Positions 1-8,978 of a stretch of DNA of 64,000 nt are shown piece by piece. The notes beneath the pieces were generated by a model. The model worked only from the letters and a program-made list of their open reading frames with translations. It did not search any database and was not told the origin of the DNA. This DNA is from a virus (lineage: Duplodnaviria > Caudoviricetes): positions 1,391-65,390 of the IMG/VR virus record IMGVR_UViG_3300031998_000076. The stretch is one strand, 5' to 3'. The first letter of the stretch is position 1. Every line of letters starts with the position of its first letter. The position numbers and the translations under genes are program-made.

Positions 1-166
1 TCAGACCGTCCTGCTCTTTTGTATAATGCTTCTTACACTTTGCGTTTTCATCTGTCGAGCATGGATCAAGTGTAAAATGGAATTGAAGATCCAACTCGTC
101 AAACAATGCCTGTGGAGTTTCCCACTCCTCGGATCTTGATGAATAAAGTGCATCTCTTTTTATCAT
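1..166 (-). CDS. Phage Dam-family N6-adenine DNA methyltransferase, N-terminal part (runs off window; not in the ORF track)
   Basis: Manual translation from ATG at 166: MIKRDALYSSRSEEWETPQALFDELDLQFHFTLDPCSTDENAKCKKHYTKEQDGL. The EWETP..LFD.L..F.FTLDPC...NAKC...YT...DGL pattern is typical of the phage Dam family. Confidence 0.8.
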   Translation of the reverse strand, partial: MIKRDALYSSRSEEWETPQALFDELDLQFHFTLDPCSTDENAKCKKHYTKEQDGL

Positions 167-271
167 TCCGTCACCCCGTTAATTGTGGTCAATAAGTTCA
201 TCCATTCATTTCACCGACCCTCCTGTTTCAACGCACATTCAATGCATTTTTTTGCGTTGGTTTGCATTGGA

Positions 272-364
272 TTAAACGTTTATCGTAACTGCCGTTATTA
301 AAAATGCAAGCAACATTCCAATCAGCAGTCCGTCACAAAAACCGTTCCAAAAATCAGATTTCAT
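272..364 (-). CDS. Small hydrophobic peptide (30 aa)
   Basis: MKSDFWNGFCDGLLIGMLLAFLITAVTINV, starting just after the stop of the upstream gene; one predicted TM segment. Confidence 0.4.
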   Translation of the reverse strand: MKSDFWNGFCDGLLIGMLLAFLITAVTINV

Positions 365-368
365 TTTC

Positions 369-701
369 TCACCGACCTTCCCACAAAACTGGTCTGCCAC
401 ATTCATGACAGAACTTGTTAGATTCGTTTGGGTCATACGGGTCATTGTCCTCAAATCCAACATAAGAACCACATTTACCGCACAACCATATCCGACCAGT
501 CTGTTCGTCAAGTACAGGTTTCACGGGCAATGCTCGTTCATAGAATGAGCAGATTTCACACATCCCACTATCTCCACCCGGCACAACCGCTTCCTGCTCT
601 TTCAGCAGAACAAGTATTTTTTTTGCCAATGATAATTCCACCTTGAAATGACCATTCACACAGAACTCAAGGTCTTTGATTACCTTCTCCCTGTCAGTCA
701 T
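369..701 (-). CDS. Cys-rich (zinc-ribbon) phage protein
   Basis: CEIC, CGKC and CHEC motifs; ATG at 701 overlaps the upstream stop (ATGACTGA). Confidence 0.7.
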   Translation of the reverse strand: MTDREKVIKDLEFCVNGHFKVELSLAKKILVLLKEQEAVVPGGDSGMCEICSFYERALPVKPVLDEQTGRIWLCGKCGSYVGFEDNDPYDPNESNKFCHECGRPVLWEGR

Positions 702-846
702 CTTCCACAATCCTCCGGATCTGCTTCATATAGCACAGCACTTTCATCAACTGCATGAACTCCACGCAGTCGATCTCCACTGTTCCAGTCCGCTTTTCCT
801 GCATTTCATACAGTTTTGCCCTCATGTAGGCGTATAGTTCGTCCAT
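694..846 (-). CDS. Hypothetical protein (50 aa)
   Basis: GGAGG RBS, MDELYAYMRAKLYEM...; stop overlaps the next start. Confidence 0.55.
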   Translation of the reverse strand: MDELYAYMRAKLYEMQEKRTGTVEIDCVEFMQLMKVLCYMKQIRRIVEDD

Positions 847-867
847 GTTTGCACCTCCTTGTTGCCT

Positions 868-1095
868 TTATCTACGATCGACCCGTACTTTTTCACCTTC
901 GTGAACCATATTCGGTATAGGCGTATCGAACAAGAAATATTCCATATACGCACAAAACAATTCAGCTTTTTCAAAACTGCCGAAACTTGCCATCTTGAAT
1001 GCTTCATTGCCTTTGTGAACCCACAGCCCCGGTTTCTTTCCGAACTCTTTGATATGCTCCACGGAAATCTTGTAATCACCTTTACCGTATGTCAT
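868..1095 (-). CDS. Hypothetical phage protein
   Basis: ORF track; GAGGTGGAGC RBS; fits the operon. Confidence 0.6.
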   Translation of the reverse strand: MTYGKGDYKISVEHIKEFGKKPGLWVHKGNEAFKMASFGSFEKAELFCAYMEYFLFDTPIPNMVHEGEKVRVDRR

Positions 1096-1189
1096 GCTCC
1101 ACCTCTTTAATCAGTATCTTTCTTCCTATAAGGACAATCAGGAGGGATCTCCACAAAGAAACTATGCGGAATATCCGTCTCCCGAATGT

Positions 1190-1456
1190 TCATCTGATTT
1201 CTGCGGCAAGTTTTCCTTTTGCACTCTGCCTTTGGGCAGAAAGAAATGTCATCATTCCACATTTTGCTTCTTTCTCCTTTACCTGTTCTTTCAGACTTTC
1301 GATTTCTTTCTTCTGATCCTTAATCAAAGAGATCGCATTGTCGATGTATTTCTCCGCATCCTTGCATTGTTCAGGGTTCATGCCTTCATACTTTTTCAAT
1401 ACGCTTGCCCATGTATGGACTATATACAGCCCGATCAGCACCTTTGACTCACTCAT
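1190..1456 (-). CDS. Hypothetical protein with coiled coil
   Basis: ORF track; start overlaps the upstream stop. Confidence 0.6.
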   Translation of the reverse strand: MSESKVLIGLYIVHTWASVLKKYEGMNPEQCKDAEKYIDNAISLIKDQKKEIESLKEQVKEKEAKCGMMTFLSAQRQSAKGKLAAEIR

Positions 1457-1935
1457 GTCACGCCTCCGAAATCAAGATACCTTGTCCTAATGAATCCCGC
1501 ATTTGTTATGGTCCATTCATCCGATACAACATAAGCAAGCAAATCTGTCCCTTTTTTCAATGTCCTGCGCAACTTGCCGTTTACATTCCGTCTTGCTCTG
1601 ACATTCCGGAACCCAGTTACAGCACGCAATCCCTTCTCATAGATCTCCGGCTTGCTGTTCGTGACATACCCTTTATAGATCCACCCTTCTCCAGCCTCGC
1701 AAAAGTAATAAACATGAATCCATGGCCCGTTTGTCTTCCCGTCTGTTTCCAGCGCGTCTCCCACCGACAAATACGCGACCTCCTGTGATCTGAACCTCGG
1801 TGAACTCCTGATATACACAAAACTGTCCGGTTGACAGATCACCCACACTGTTTCTCCTCTGCAAACGTCATACACCAGGACTGCCATCAGCAGCACCAGG
1901 ATAATGAAAATCCATATCGGTTTGACTCTTCTCAT
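1453..1935 (-). CDS. Membrane-anchored/secreted tandem SH3b-like protein
   Basis: N-terminal hydrophobic helix; VYIRSSP...VAYLSVGD....GPWIHV...EGWIYKGYV SH3b pattern, plus a second degenerate copy. Confidence 0.6.
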   Translation of the reverse strand: MRRVKPIWIFIILVLLMAVLVYDVCRGETVWVICQPDSFVYIRSSPRFRSQEVAYLSVGDALETDGKTNGPWIHVYYFCEAGEGWIYKGYVTNSKPEIYEKGLRAVTGFRNVRARRNVNGKLRRTLKKGTDLLAYVVSDEWTITNAGFIRTRYLDFGGVT

Positions 1936-1954
1936 TGCTTTGCCTCCTTAAAAT

Positions 1955-2065
1955 TGCGCGGGGCCGGAATTGAACCGGCCGGCAATGGCACGTCCCTTCG
2001 ACCGATAAACAGGAGCGAAACCTTCCTTTCAACCCGATCTCCGGCATTGCCATTTCTGGCCGCGC
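1955..2065 (-). ncRNA. tRNA-like element (acceptor stem plus T-arm with an oversized non-canonical interior)
   Basis: Minus strand: GCGCGG...GGCCGG-TTCAATT-CCGGCC-CCGCGC-A. Internal GGCAATG/CATTGCC stem; no clear D arm or anticodon loop; no encoded CCA. Confidence 0.5.
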
Positions 2066-2066
2066 A

Positions 2067-2237
2067 TTACTTCTCCATCTCTTCCCTCAGCTTGTGTATT
2101 CTGCAATCCTTGCAATCCCGGATCTCCCCGGATTTCATGCAGATCAGACAAGCCTCTGCCGCCGCCTCCGCTACTTTGTTTGATAATCTTGCCATTTCCC
2201 GGCGCATCCTCTGAATCATCAGATCCTTGTCATCCAT
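2067..2237 (-). CDS. Hypothetical protein (56 aa, CxxC..CxxC)
   Basis: Manual translation MDDKDLMIQRMRREMARL...CLICMKSGEIRDCKDCRIHKL. Confidence 0.55.
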   Translation of the reverse strand: MDDKDLMIQRMRREMARLSNKVAEAAAEACLICMKSGEIRDCKDCRIHKLREEMEK

Positions 2238-2241
2238 CTCT

Positions 2242-2742
2242 CTACCTCACGATTTCATAGGCTCTTCCCAAGGCCCGATCGAGCAGCCTTTGCAACGTCC
2301 TCTTGGAATAACTGTTGTTGTGCATCTCATTCATCTGCTGGACTGTATCGCCCCAGCTTCGATCATCGATTATTTTCAATACCAGGACTTCTCTCTCCCG
2401 ATCTCCCAATGACTCCAGGACAATCTCCACTGTGCTTATATCCGGTTCCAGCCGAATCAGTTGAAGGTTTACTTCCTTCAGATCCTCATGGATCTGCTTT
2501 ACGAACGGACTAACTTCTCCTGATGCTATGTCAATCGCAAGTCTCCCCACAGGATCTCCCGTTCCGCTTCCATGTGGCATCCCTGTTATTGCCTGACTCA
2601 GAGAAACCTGGTCGTTTACCATGCTCGACTCACACATTCTCCGGAATCGTTCCAGCATCTCGATCTGAGAACGGAGGTAGGCATATCGCGCCTTGTTGGA
2701 TCTGTACTTTTTCAATAGTTCATCCAGTCGCTCAGGACTCAT
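2242..2742 (-). CDS. ArpU/RinA-like late transcriptional activator (sigma-region-4-like HTH)
   Basis: C-terminal LESLGDREREVLVLKII...SWGD.V......YSKRTLQRLLDRAL pattern; position after the replication genes. Confidence 0.65.
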   Translation of the reverse strand: MSPERLDELLKKYRSNKARYAYLRSQIEMLERFRRMCESSMVNDQVSLSQAITGMPHGSGTGDPVGRLAIDIASGEVSPFVKQIHEDLKEVNLQLIRLEPDISTVEIVLESLGDREREVLVLKIIDDRSWGDTVQQMNEMHNNSYSKRTLQRLLDRALGRAYEIVR

Positions 2743-2762
2743 ATGCCTACCTCCTTCAAGAT

Positions 2763-3182
2763 TCAGAAGGGCAATTCATCGTCGCCCATCTCTACCTGTG
2801 TGAATCCGGTCGGGACATTCGACGCCTGTTTCACAGGTTCAGAGGCTTGCGCCGGTTCATCATTTTCATTCCGGCCGGAAAGGAACTCGATCTCATTTGC
2901 CGTTACCTCCATAGAAGCTCCGCCAGTTCCATCCTTCTTCTGGAACGTCCTGATAGAAACAGGACCGACAACGCTGACTTTCTTTCCCTTGGAGAGATAC
3001 TTCGCGCAGCTTTCTCCACGTTCTCTCCATGCCGTAACGTTGAAAAAGTCCGCTTCCGGCTGTCCTTCTACTTTCTTCTGCCTCCTTACCGCAACTGTGA
3101 AAGAACAAACACTCAACCCCGTTGCGGTTGTCCTCAGCTCAGGATCTCTGGTCAGGTTTCCGATAATCATCAGACTGTTCAT
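2763..3182 (-). CDS. ssb: Single-stranded DNA-binding protein
   Basis: MNSLMIIGNLTRDPELR, ADFFNVTAW, KYLSKGKKVSVVG, acidic tail DDELPF. Confidence 0.95.
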   Translation of the reverse strand: MNSLMIIGNLTRDPELRTTATGLSVCSFTVAVRRQKKVEGQPEADFFNVTAWRERGESCAKYLSKGKKVSVVGPVSIRTFQKKDGTGGASMEVTANEIEFLSGRNENDEPAQASEPVKQASNVPTGFTQVEMGDDELPF

Positions 3183-3339
3183 GGTTCTCCTCCTCCTCAT
3201 ATATGCTCACGGTTCTGTATCTGAACCTGTGACGCTCGCAATGATAATCCTTTCTGATCGGCATCCCGAAGAACACACAATACGTTCTGTTGCCGCTTTT
3301 CTTCGACTCCGCGCAAGTCTCGCACGTCCCCACGGTCAT
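3139..3339 (-). CDS. Small Cys-rich hypothetical protein
   Basis: CETC...YCVFFG...YHC; GGAGGG RBS. Confidence 0.5.
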   Translation of the reverse strand: MTVGTCETCAESKKSGNRTYCVFFGMPIRKDYHCERHRFRYRTVSIYEEEENHEQSDDYRKPDQRS

Positions 3340-3560
3340 CCCTCCACGATCTTCACGATGTCTGTCTCCACGCATCCGAGGCTTGATCCGTTGTCCCAAT
3401 TCACATGAATCGTTCCAGCATCATCCACCCCTGTCACAGTCCCCTTTAATCCAGGAGGCATTTGCCTGTACGGATCATCCATCTCAACCAGTTCAACCCT
3501 CATCCCAGGCTTATACGTTGCTTTCCGGTATTTGATAAAACCCTCCATTACGCTTTGCAT
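3336..3560 (-). CDS. DUF4314-family protein
   Basis: PGMRVELVEMDDPY...GLKGTVTGVDDAGTIHVNWDNGSSLG family signature. Confidence 0.85.
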   Translation of the reverse strand: MQSVMEGFIKYRKATYKPGMRVELVEMDDPYRQMPPGLKGTVTGVDDAGTIHVNWDNGSSLGCVETDIVKIVEG

Positions 3561-3943
3561 TCTTCAACACAGTCCTTTCTTACAAGTCCTTTGTTGGTAA
3601 CAACCCAGTAGGAATCTGACATATAGGCTTTGACCTTTTCTCCCGGATTAAGACCTTTCCAATATGCCCCATTGATGGAATACCTGGATATCGTCTGTCT
3701 CTTTACTACGAAGATCTTTGGTTCTGAAAACATCTTCTGCTCCGCATTTGTAAGGAAGTCTTCTCTGATCCATCCGTTTATTTGCTCGCAAGGCATGGCG
3801 CACTGCAACCATCTTCCCATTCGTTCTCCTGTGGCAATCACCGTGTCCCCATCTTTTAAGGTTTTAAGGACCTTTGAGTGCTTCCCCGGTTCCGATCTGA
3901 GGCTTACTTCACCCACATAGGACATCACCCACATATTAACCAT
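3548..3943 (-). CDS. Tandem SH3b-like protein, paralogue of 1453-1935 without the TM anchor
   Basis: VSLRSEPGKHSKVLKTLKDGDTV...GRWL....NGWIREDFL; C-terminal WVVTNKGLVR matches WTITNAGFIR. Confidence 0.6.
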   Translation of the reverse strand: MVNMWVMSYVGEVSLRSEPGKHSKVLKTLKDGDTVIATGERMGRWLQCAMPCEQINGWIREDFLTNAEQKMFSEPKIFVVKRQTISRYSINGAYWKGLNPGEKVKAYMSDSYWVVTNKGLVRKDCVEECKA

Positions 3944-5228
3944 CCTTATCCCTCCAAATCGTCATGTACCTCATATAAGGTTTAGCGAACTCAAGGATTA
4001 CCATTCCGACAGGGCCTTGCCTGTTTTTATCAATCGACAGGAACTGCATTTCACTTCCCCTCTGCTGACAAGCTAACCAAACCTCCCGTTTCTCAGCGTC
4101 TTCCGGTTCCTTTGGCGCCCACAACACCATGAAAGTGTTCGCATCCTGTTCGATACTGCCAGAATCCCTTGCCTCACTCATGGAAGGTTTCCGGTGGTTG
4201 CCCCCGTTTTCAGACTCCCTGTTGAACTGCGTCAGGGCAACAATCGGAACATCCAGCTCCATGGCCATCAACTTTAACTCGCGGGATATCTGCGAAACCT
4301 CTTCGTACCTGGACTTCCTCGAATCATCTGCCCTCATGAGCTGAATGTAATCCACCACAATCATTTTCAATCCGCCATCTCTCTGCATCGCGGCGGCCTC
4401 ACGCCGGATCTGAAGTGGTGTTGTCGCCATGCTGAATCTGATCTGAAGATTCTTGACCTTTTCCGTGTAACTGAGAAGTTTGAACTTCTCATCCGCGTCC
4501 AGGGTATTATTGACAATCTTCTGCATATTCAGTTTTGCCTCGGCAGCGAACAACCTTGTCATGATCTCGCCCGTACTCATCTCCAATGAAACGAACAAAA
4601 CCGGACCGCATCTGTCTGCCACATACCTCGTTATCGTCAGAGCAAGCGCCGTTTTACCCACACCCGGCCTCGCGCCAATAATATTGAGCGTCCCATTCTT
4701 GAGGCCTCCCGTGACACTATCCAGCCCCGCTATGCCCGTGTTTACCTTGTCTGTCTTCTCAAGATCCTGGATAAACCCAACAATCGCATCCTCCATGCTT
4801 ACGGATTGAGGCTTGTTGCCATTGTCATTGATCACCTTCGTGAGATCCGCAGAGAGAGCGTCCACATCTATCATGTTGTCATCGACTTTTGACGCCACTC
4901 CCACACAAGCGGCCTTCAGCAATCTTCTCTTTCGGAGGTCAAGACAGATCTGCTCATGCTGACGCCACATGGAAGGACCGACAACCCCAGCGCAGCACTT
5001 CATTACCTCCTGTGTGAACTCAGGACAATCGGCCGGAGCTTCATTACAGACCGTAACAAGGTCAGGAATCTTGTGATCCGCGACAATCCTCTTGATCGCC
5101 TTGTGAATAACCTGATTGACAGGGAATGAAAATGTGTCTTCCGGCAGCGTGGAGAGCTTCTCGGCACAAACAACATCCGACATCGCAATTCCCAGGAGAC
5201 TCTGTTCCGCCACAATGTTTTCGATCAT
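3936..5228 (-). CDS. dnaB: Replicative DNA helicase, DnaB family
   Basis: Walker A GARPGVGKT, FVSLEM, MIVVDYIQLM, QFNRESE, RDSGSIEQDA, KNRQGP. Confidence 0.95.
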   Translation of the reverse strand: MIENIVAEQSLLGIAMSDVVCAEKLSTLPEDTFSFPVNQVIHKAIKRIVADHKIPDLVTVCNEAPADCPEFTQEVMKCCAGVVGPSMWRQHEQICLDLRKRRLLKAACVGVASKVDDNMIDVDALSADLTKVINDNGNKPQSVSMEDAIVGFIQDLEKTDKVNTGIAGLDSVTGGLKNGTLNIIGARPGVGKTALALTITRYVADRCGPVLFVSLEMSTGEIMTRLFAAEAKLNMQKIVNNTLDADEKFKLLSYTEKVKNLQIRFSMATTPLQIRREAAAMQRDGGLKMIVVDYIQLMRADDSRKSRYEEVSQISRELKLMAMELDVPIVALTQFNRESENGGNHRKPSMSEARDSGSIEQDANTFMVLWAPKEPEDAEKREVWLACQQRGSEMQFLSIDKNRQGPVGMVILEFAKPYMRYMTIWRDKDG

Positions 5229-6094
5229 ACCTTCACCCCCTTCATCGTCTGCTCCGCCAGCGCCCATGCCTTGTCAATCTCACTCTGTTCATCATCCTTC
5301 TGAGGACCCTTCCGAAGAATCCCTTTCAGATACTTCACCTTGTTTCCATTGGCGCCGATACACTCTTTAATTGCCCACAGCAAGGTTTCTTTTCCGTACT
5401 TCGCATACAAATTAACGGCCATGTCCTTTAACCCGTCGCTCATCGGAAACCCGGAACGAGAGAGAGCATTGAAAATCTCATCATGATCATGGATCTTATT
5501 TGCTTCCTCATCTTTCAATAAGGGAGAAGGAGAAGATCCTCCCTCGCGCGCTCGCGCGTCTTCTCCTTCTATTGGATTGGATTGGATTGGATTCAAGCCG
5601 CGGATTGCTGACGCTTGACCATCATTTGACTGACAATTGACTGACAATTGACGGTCAGTTGACTGACGTTTGTCTGTCACTTGACGGTCAGTTGTAGCGC
5701 ATACGATATCATCAGATTGCGATTGACCGTCATTTGACTTCACTTTCTGAGATTGAAAATATCCAGGAAAAGGCTCAGGATAACGGCTTGTCTTGTTGCG
5801 AATCCTCTGATGATTCATCCATGTCACTAAATACAGAAACTGTTTGCCATCATGCTCATAGCGCCGGATGAGTCCATTCTTCTCATATGAATCCAATGCG
5901 TCCGAAACCATCTGAACGGTCACATTGTCCTTAAGCGGGAAGAGGACATTCCTTAACAATTTTGGCTTTGCCTCATAGCAACCATAATCGTCAACCGTAA
6001 CGATCAGCCGCGGAAACATTGCCTCTTCAAACCAGGAAAGAGCATCAATCTCATCCGATGACTTGATGGACTCTTTGATAATCCTGTTGGGCAT
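5225..6094 (-). CDS. Phage replication initiator/replisome organiser with DnaD-like C-terminus
   Basis: MPNRIIKESI...RLIVTVDDYG N-terminus, low-complexity repeat linker, NPIQSNP, C-terminal KYLKGILRK; directly upstream of dnaB. Confidence 0.75.
   Translation of the reverse strand: MPNRIIKESIKSSDEIDALSWFEEAMFPRLIVTVDDYGCYEAKPKLLRNVLFPLKDNVTVQMVSDALDSYEKNGLIRRYEHDGKQFLYLVTWMNHQRIRNKTSRYPEPFPGYFQSQKVKSNDGQSQSDDIVCATTDRQVTDKRQSTDRQLSVNCQSNDGQASAIRGLNPIQSNPIEGEDARAREGGSSPSPLLKDEEANKIHDHDEIFNALSRSGFPMSDGLKDMAVNLYAKYGKETLLWAIKECIGANGNKVKYLKGILRKGPQKDDEQSEIDKAWALAEQTMKGVKV
5615..5738. repeat. Iteron-like repeats inside the initiator gene (probable origin)
   Basis: About nine TTGAC units; TTGACGGTCAGTTG at 5648 and 5681; TTGACC(A/G)TCATTTGAC at 5615 and 5723. 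Confidence 0.6.
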
Positions 6095-6105
6095 ATTTCT
6101 CTACC

Positions 6106-6573
6106 TCACTTAGTTAATTCATCTACGATAAACAGCAACTTGGCACTGATGGTCTTAAGCAGTTCCGTCTGCATCTTGAGCTCTTCCATCATGTAATGAT
6201 TTGCCACAACCGTTACACTCTGCCGATGCTCAACAACCTGGACGGGAGGATCTTTCGGTTCTTCAGAAACCTTTTCCTCAGTCTTTTCCTCGGCCTTTTC
6301 CTTTTCCTTCGCCTTAATGGCGGCCATGCGTTTCTTGTAGGTGCTGGAAGAAACATAGACCGTGTGCTTATACTCTTCGTAGGTTTCGCACTTTTTGATG
6401 TAATTGACGGTGGACTTCCCAATGCCGAAATACTCGCAGACCTCTTTGTCCGTAGACCCATCCTTGAGCAATGCCCTTACCGCCTTGTAGATTCCCTCTG
6501 TGACCTTAATGTTGTGATTCGCCATTGCTTTGCTCTCCTTTACAAATAATTTTTCATGAAAATCTCCATCCAC
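6106..6573 (-). CDS. HTH-containing protein
   Basis: TDKEVCEYFGIGKSTVNYIKK HTH pattern. Confidence 0.65.
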   Translation of the reverse strand: MDGDFHEKLFVKESKAMANHNIKVTEGIYKAVRALLKDGSTDKEVCEYFGIGKSTVNYIKKCETYEEYKHTVYVSSSTYKKRMAAIKAKEKEKAEEKTEEKVSEEPKDPPVQVVEHRQSVTVVANHYMMEELKMQTELLKTISAKLLFIVDELTK

Positions 6574-6821
6574 TTATCGTGACCGTAAAGATTTTCAAAC
6601 GCCCTTTGTCCATCCTGTTTCAGCCGGAGGTTCAGATCCTTGTTATACTGAGCGCCATCTACGCCCCTGTGGCACTTCTCACCGCATAACCAGACCCAAA
6701 CCCCCCAAGTCTCACTGCACTTCCGGTTTGCCGTTCCTCCGAGAATATGGTGCTTTTCAAGCCCCACTTGCCCTCCACAGAGATAGCAAACCTTTTCCTC
6801 CTGGAGAATGCTCTTGCTCAT
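6540..6821 (-). CDS. HNH-like (CxxC..HH..LCxxCH) phage protein
   Basis: CYLCG...EKHHILGG...WLCGEKCHRG. Confidence 0.65.
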   Translation of the reverse strand: MSKSILQEEKVCYLCGGQVGLEKHHILGGTANRKCSETWGVWVWLCGEKCHRGVDGAQYNKDLNLRLKQDGQRAFENLYGHDKWMEIFMKNYL

Positions 6822-7033
6822 GATGCGATTCTGTAACGTCCGTACCGCTCATTTGATCCGTCACTGTTTTTAACAGACTCCATGTCGCAAACAATCGGAA
6901 CACCGTCCTGAATCAGATCATATATCCTTGCAGACAACCGATAACACCGGAACTCCCTCGCGGCATCCGCATTCGTGATTGATCCATGGGACTGAATGTA
7001 CCCCAAGATCTTCTGCTTCTGTGACATTTTCAT
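6818..7033 (-). CDS. Small winged-HTH protein (HTH_39-like)
   Basis: SQKQKILGYIQSHGSITNADAA...RLSARIYDL. Confidence 0.7.
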   Translation of the reverse strand: MKMSQKQKILGYIQSHGSITNADAAREFRCYRLSARIYDLIQDGVPIVCDMESVKNSDGSNERYGRYRIAS

Positions 7034-7563
7034 TCTCCTTTCTTCTTCGCCCAGTTCCCAAGCAAACGCTTGGTTTCTGCTTCAGATATTGTTGGAATCC
7101 CCTGCGCCTCTGCCTCATGGATCAGATTGTCAATCAGACTGCTCATTTGCTTTGTGTCATAAACTGACGATCCATAATAAAGAACCACATTGGAGCAACC
7201 TTCGATCTTGCTCGGAATGATGTCCGCCTGCCACCCAAGCCCGTTCTTGACCCAGCCGGATGTGAGTCTGTCCACGGCCTTATTCTGAACACAAATCACA
7301 TCAGAAACACCACCGATCTCCCTTATGGCATTCTGATAAACCTCTGTCTTGGAGATGCCGACCTTTTCAGCAATCTTGTCTATCAGAACCCATGCGAACG
7401 CATTCGCATCCAAACTTCTGTGCTTTCTGAGTTGTTTGATCTCCACATTGATGTCTTTGCCAAACAGAGAATCAAACATCTCCCGAGGGTCGGAGGAGGT
7501 GGATATTGATAATACCCACTCTCCGTCCCGTCCTCTGAAAAGATCCTTCAGCTTGCCGATCAC
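7030..7563 (-). CDS. NinB-like recombination accessory protein
   Basis: RSLDANAFAWVLIDKIAEK and SSVYDTKQMSSLIDNLIHEAEAQGI motifs. Confidence 0.65.
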   Translation of the reverse strand: MIGKLKDLFRGRDGEWVLSISTSSDPREMFDSLFGKDINVEIKQLRKHRSLDANAFAWVLIDKIAEKVGISKTEVYQNAIREIGGVSDVICVQNKAVDRLTSGWVKNGLGWQADIIPSKIEGCSNVVLYYGSSVYDTKQMSSLIDNLIHEAEAQGIPTISEAETKRLLGNWAKKKGE

Positions 7564-8324
7564 GATGCCTCACCGTCGCTCATGAAGGTCTTATAGATCG
7601 CATCCACCAACTGCTTGGCCTGCGCCATGGTCAGATCCACCGGAGCAATATCCTTCACAACACCAGACTGGATAAGAGCTTTCCTCTTCTCCGCGAACCA
7701 CACCTTGGTTTCCGTCTGGCTCAGTTCAAGCCGCTCGGCCATGAACTTCTGCTCGTTCTTGATGTACTCAAAAACCTTGTTCACAGGTTTCGCGGCCGGA
7801 AGAACATTCTGTTTCACAACCTGCGCCGGAACATCTTTCTTGACTTCCTCGACAGGTTTCTGAGCGGTCCGAGGCAGAACCTCATGAACCTCCGCATCAG
7901 GATCTTTCATTTCCTCTGTGGGAATGCAGAAGACCTCAAAACAGAAATACTTCATTGCGATGGACATCGCCTTATTTGTGGCCTTGTCACCGCTGTCCAT
8001 GCCCTCACCAATCGTGATGCCGGAAACAGAACTTCCATCAGGAGCGAACATGGTGAACTTTACGGTAACGATGGAATAGATCAGCGTAGACTTGTTGACC
8101 GACAACCGCTCTTCCCGTTTCTGATCCAGGACTTCAGGAACAATGAAAATCCCAAGCTCCGCCATCACCGGATTGAGCGCATTGTAGACATCATCAATTC
8201 CGCGGAACTTGTACATGGTTTTCCCCGACAGATTCTTCGCTTCGGCATCCTTGCCGATAGCACCGATCATGCCGATTGCTTTTCCGATCAAACCGTAGAT
8301 CTGAGGAACCTTCACTTCTGCCAT
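7560..8324 (-). CDS. erf: ERF-family single-strand annealing protein
   Basis: YKFRGIDDVYNAL, GEGMDSGDKATNKAMSIAMKY, FCIPTEE. Confidence 0.85.
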   Translation of the reverse strand: MAEVKVPQIYGLIGKAIGMIGAIGKDAEAKNLSGKTMYKFRGIDDVYNALNPVMAELGIFIVPEVLDQKREERLSVNKSTLIYSIVTVKFTMFAPDGSSVSGITIGEGMDSGDKATNKAMSIAMKYFCFEVFCIPTEEMKDPDAEVHEVLPRTAQKPVEEVKKDVPAQVVKQNVLPAAKPVNKVFEYIKNEQKFMAERLELSQTETKVWFAEKRKALIQSGVVKDIAPVDLTMAQAKQLVDAIYKTFMSDGEAS

Positions 8325-8325
8325 C

Positions 8326-8889
8326 TCACTTTACCTCCACTTTGAAAATATCTTCCCTGGAAACAACTCGCACGCCGGAGATCTCCTTGATCTCGCCAGT
8401 CTCCTCATCGACAGAAACCATCCTGTCCCCGCTGAAAGTGAACGCTTTTTTCATGGCAGCCCAGTCCGGCGTCTCCTTGACCTTGATGAACTCAGGAGCA
8501 TTGGCCCGCAGCCATTCGACCATCTTGTCCTCATTCTTGTCGTACTCAGGTTCCTGATGCTTCATCACCAGCTTGCCATGAGGAAGGTTGTACGCCAGCA
8601 TGGTCTTGGTTTTGCGAGTGAGACCATTATCATTCTGCTGAAGGAAGAACCCTCTCAGCTGGGCCTCCAGCCAAACGATGTCACTCTCATGCTTCATGCA
8701 AGCCCGACGCTTCTCCGCCTCATAATGAGCGGTCCATTTTTCAATCTCCGCCTTATGCTTTGAGATCTGCTCAAGGCACCATTCGGCCTTGTCATCATCA
8801 TCGACAACAAACGGAGCGCGTTCCTTTGTCTGTTCCTCTTCTTCCAGGATCTCTTCATTCCGAATTTCGCTCATTAAAATTTCCTCCAT
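8326..8889 (-). CDS. Mu Gam-like host-nuclease inhibitor
   Basis: DDDKAEWCLEQI coiled coil, LPHGKLVMK, FIKVKETPDW pattern; next to ERF. Confidence 0.7.
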   Translation of the reverse strand: MEEILMSEIRNEEILEEEEQTKERAPFVVDDDDKAEWCLEQISKHKAEIEKWTAHYEAEKRRACMKHESDIVWLEAQLRGFFLQQNDNGLTRKTKTMLAYNLPHGKLVMKHQEPEYDKNEDKMVEWLRANAPEFIKVKETPDWAAMKKAFTFSGDRMVSVDEETGEIKEISGVRVVSREDIFKVEVK

Positions 8890-8978
8890 CTATGGTATTT
8901 TTTGAGTTGATGTGTTAAAATAAATGTGCATCAACTCCATTGCTTTGCTTTTGACCATCGGATTCGCCCGTCCGGTGG

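Noticed and set aside
5570-5592. ATTGG microsatellite
   Set aside because: It encodes the NPIQSNP motif of the initiator protein.
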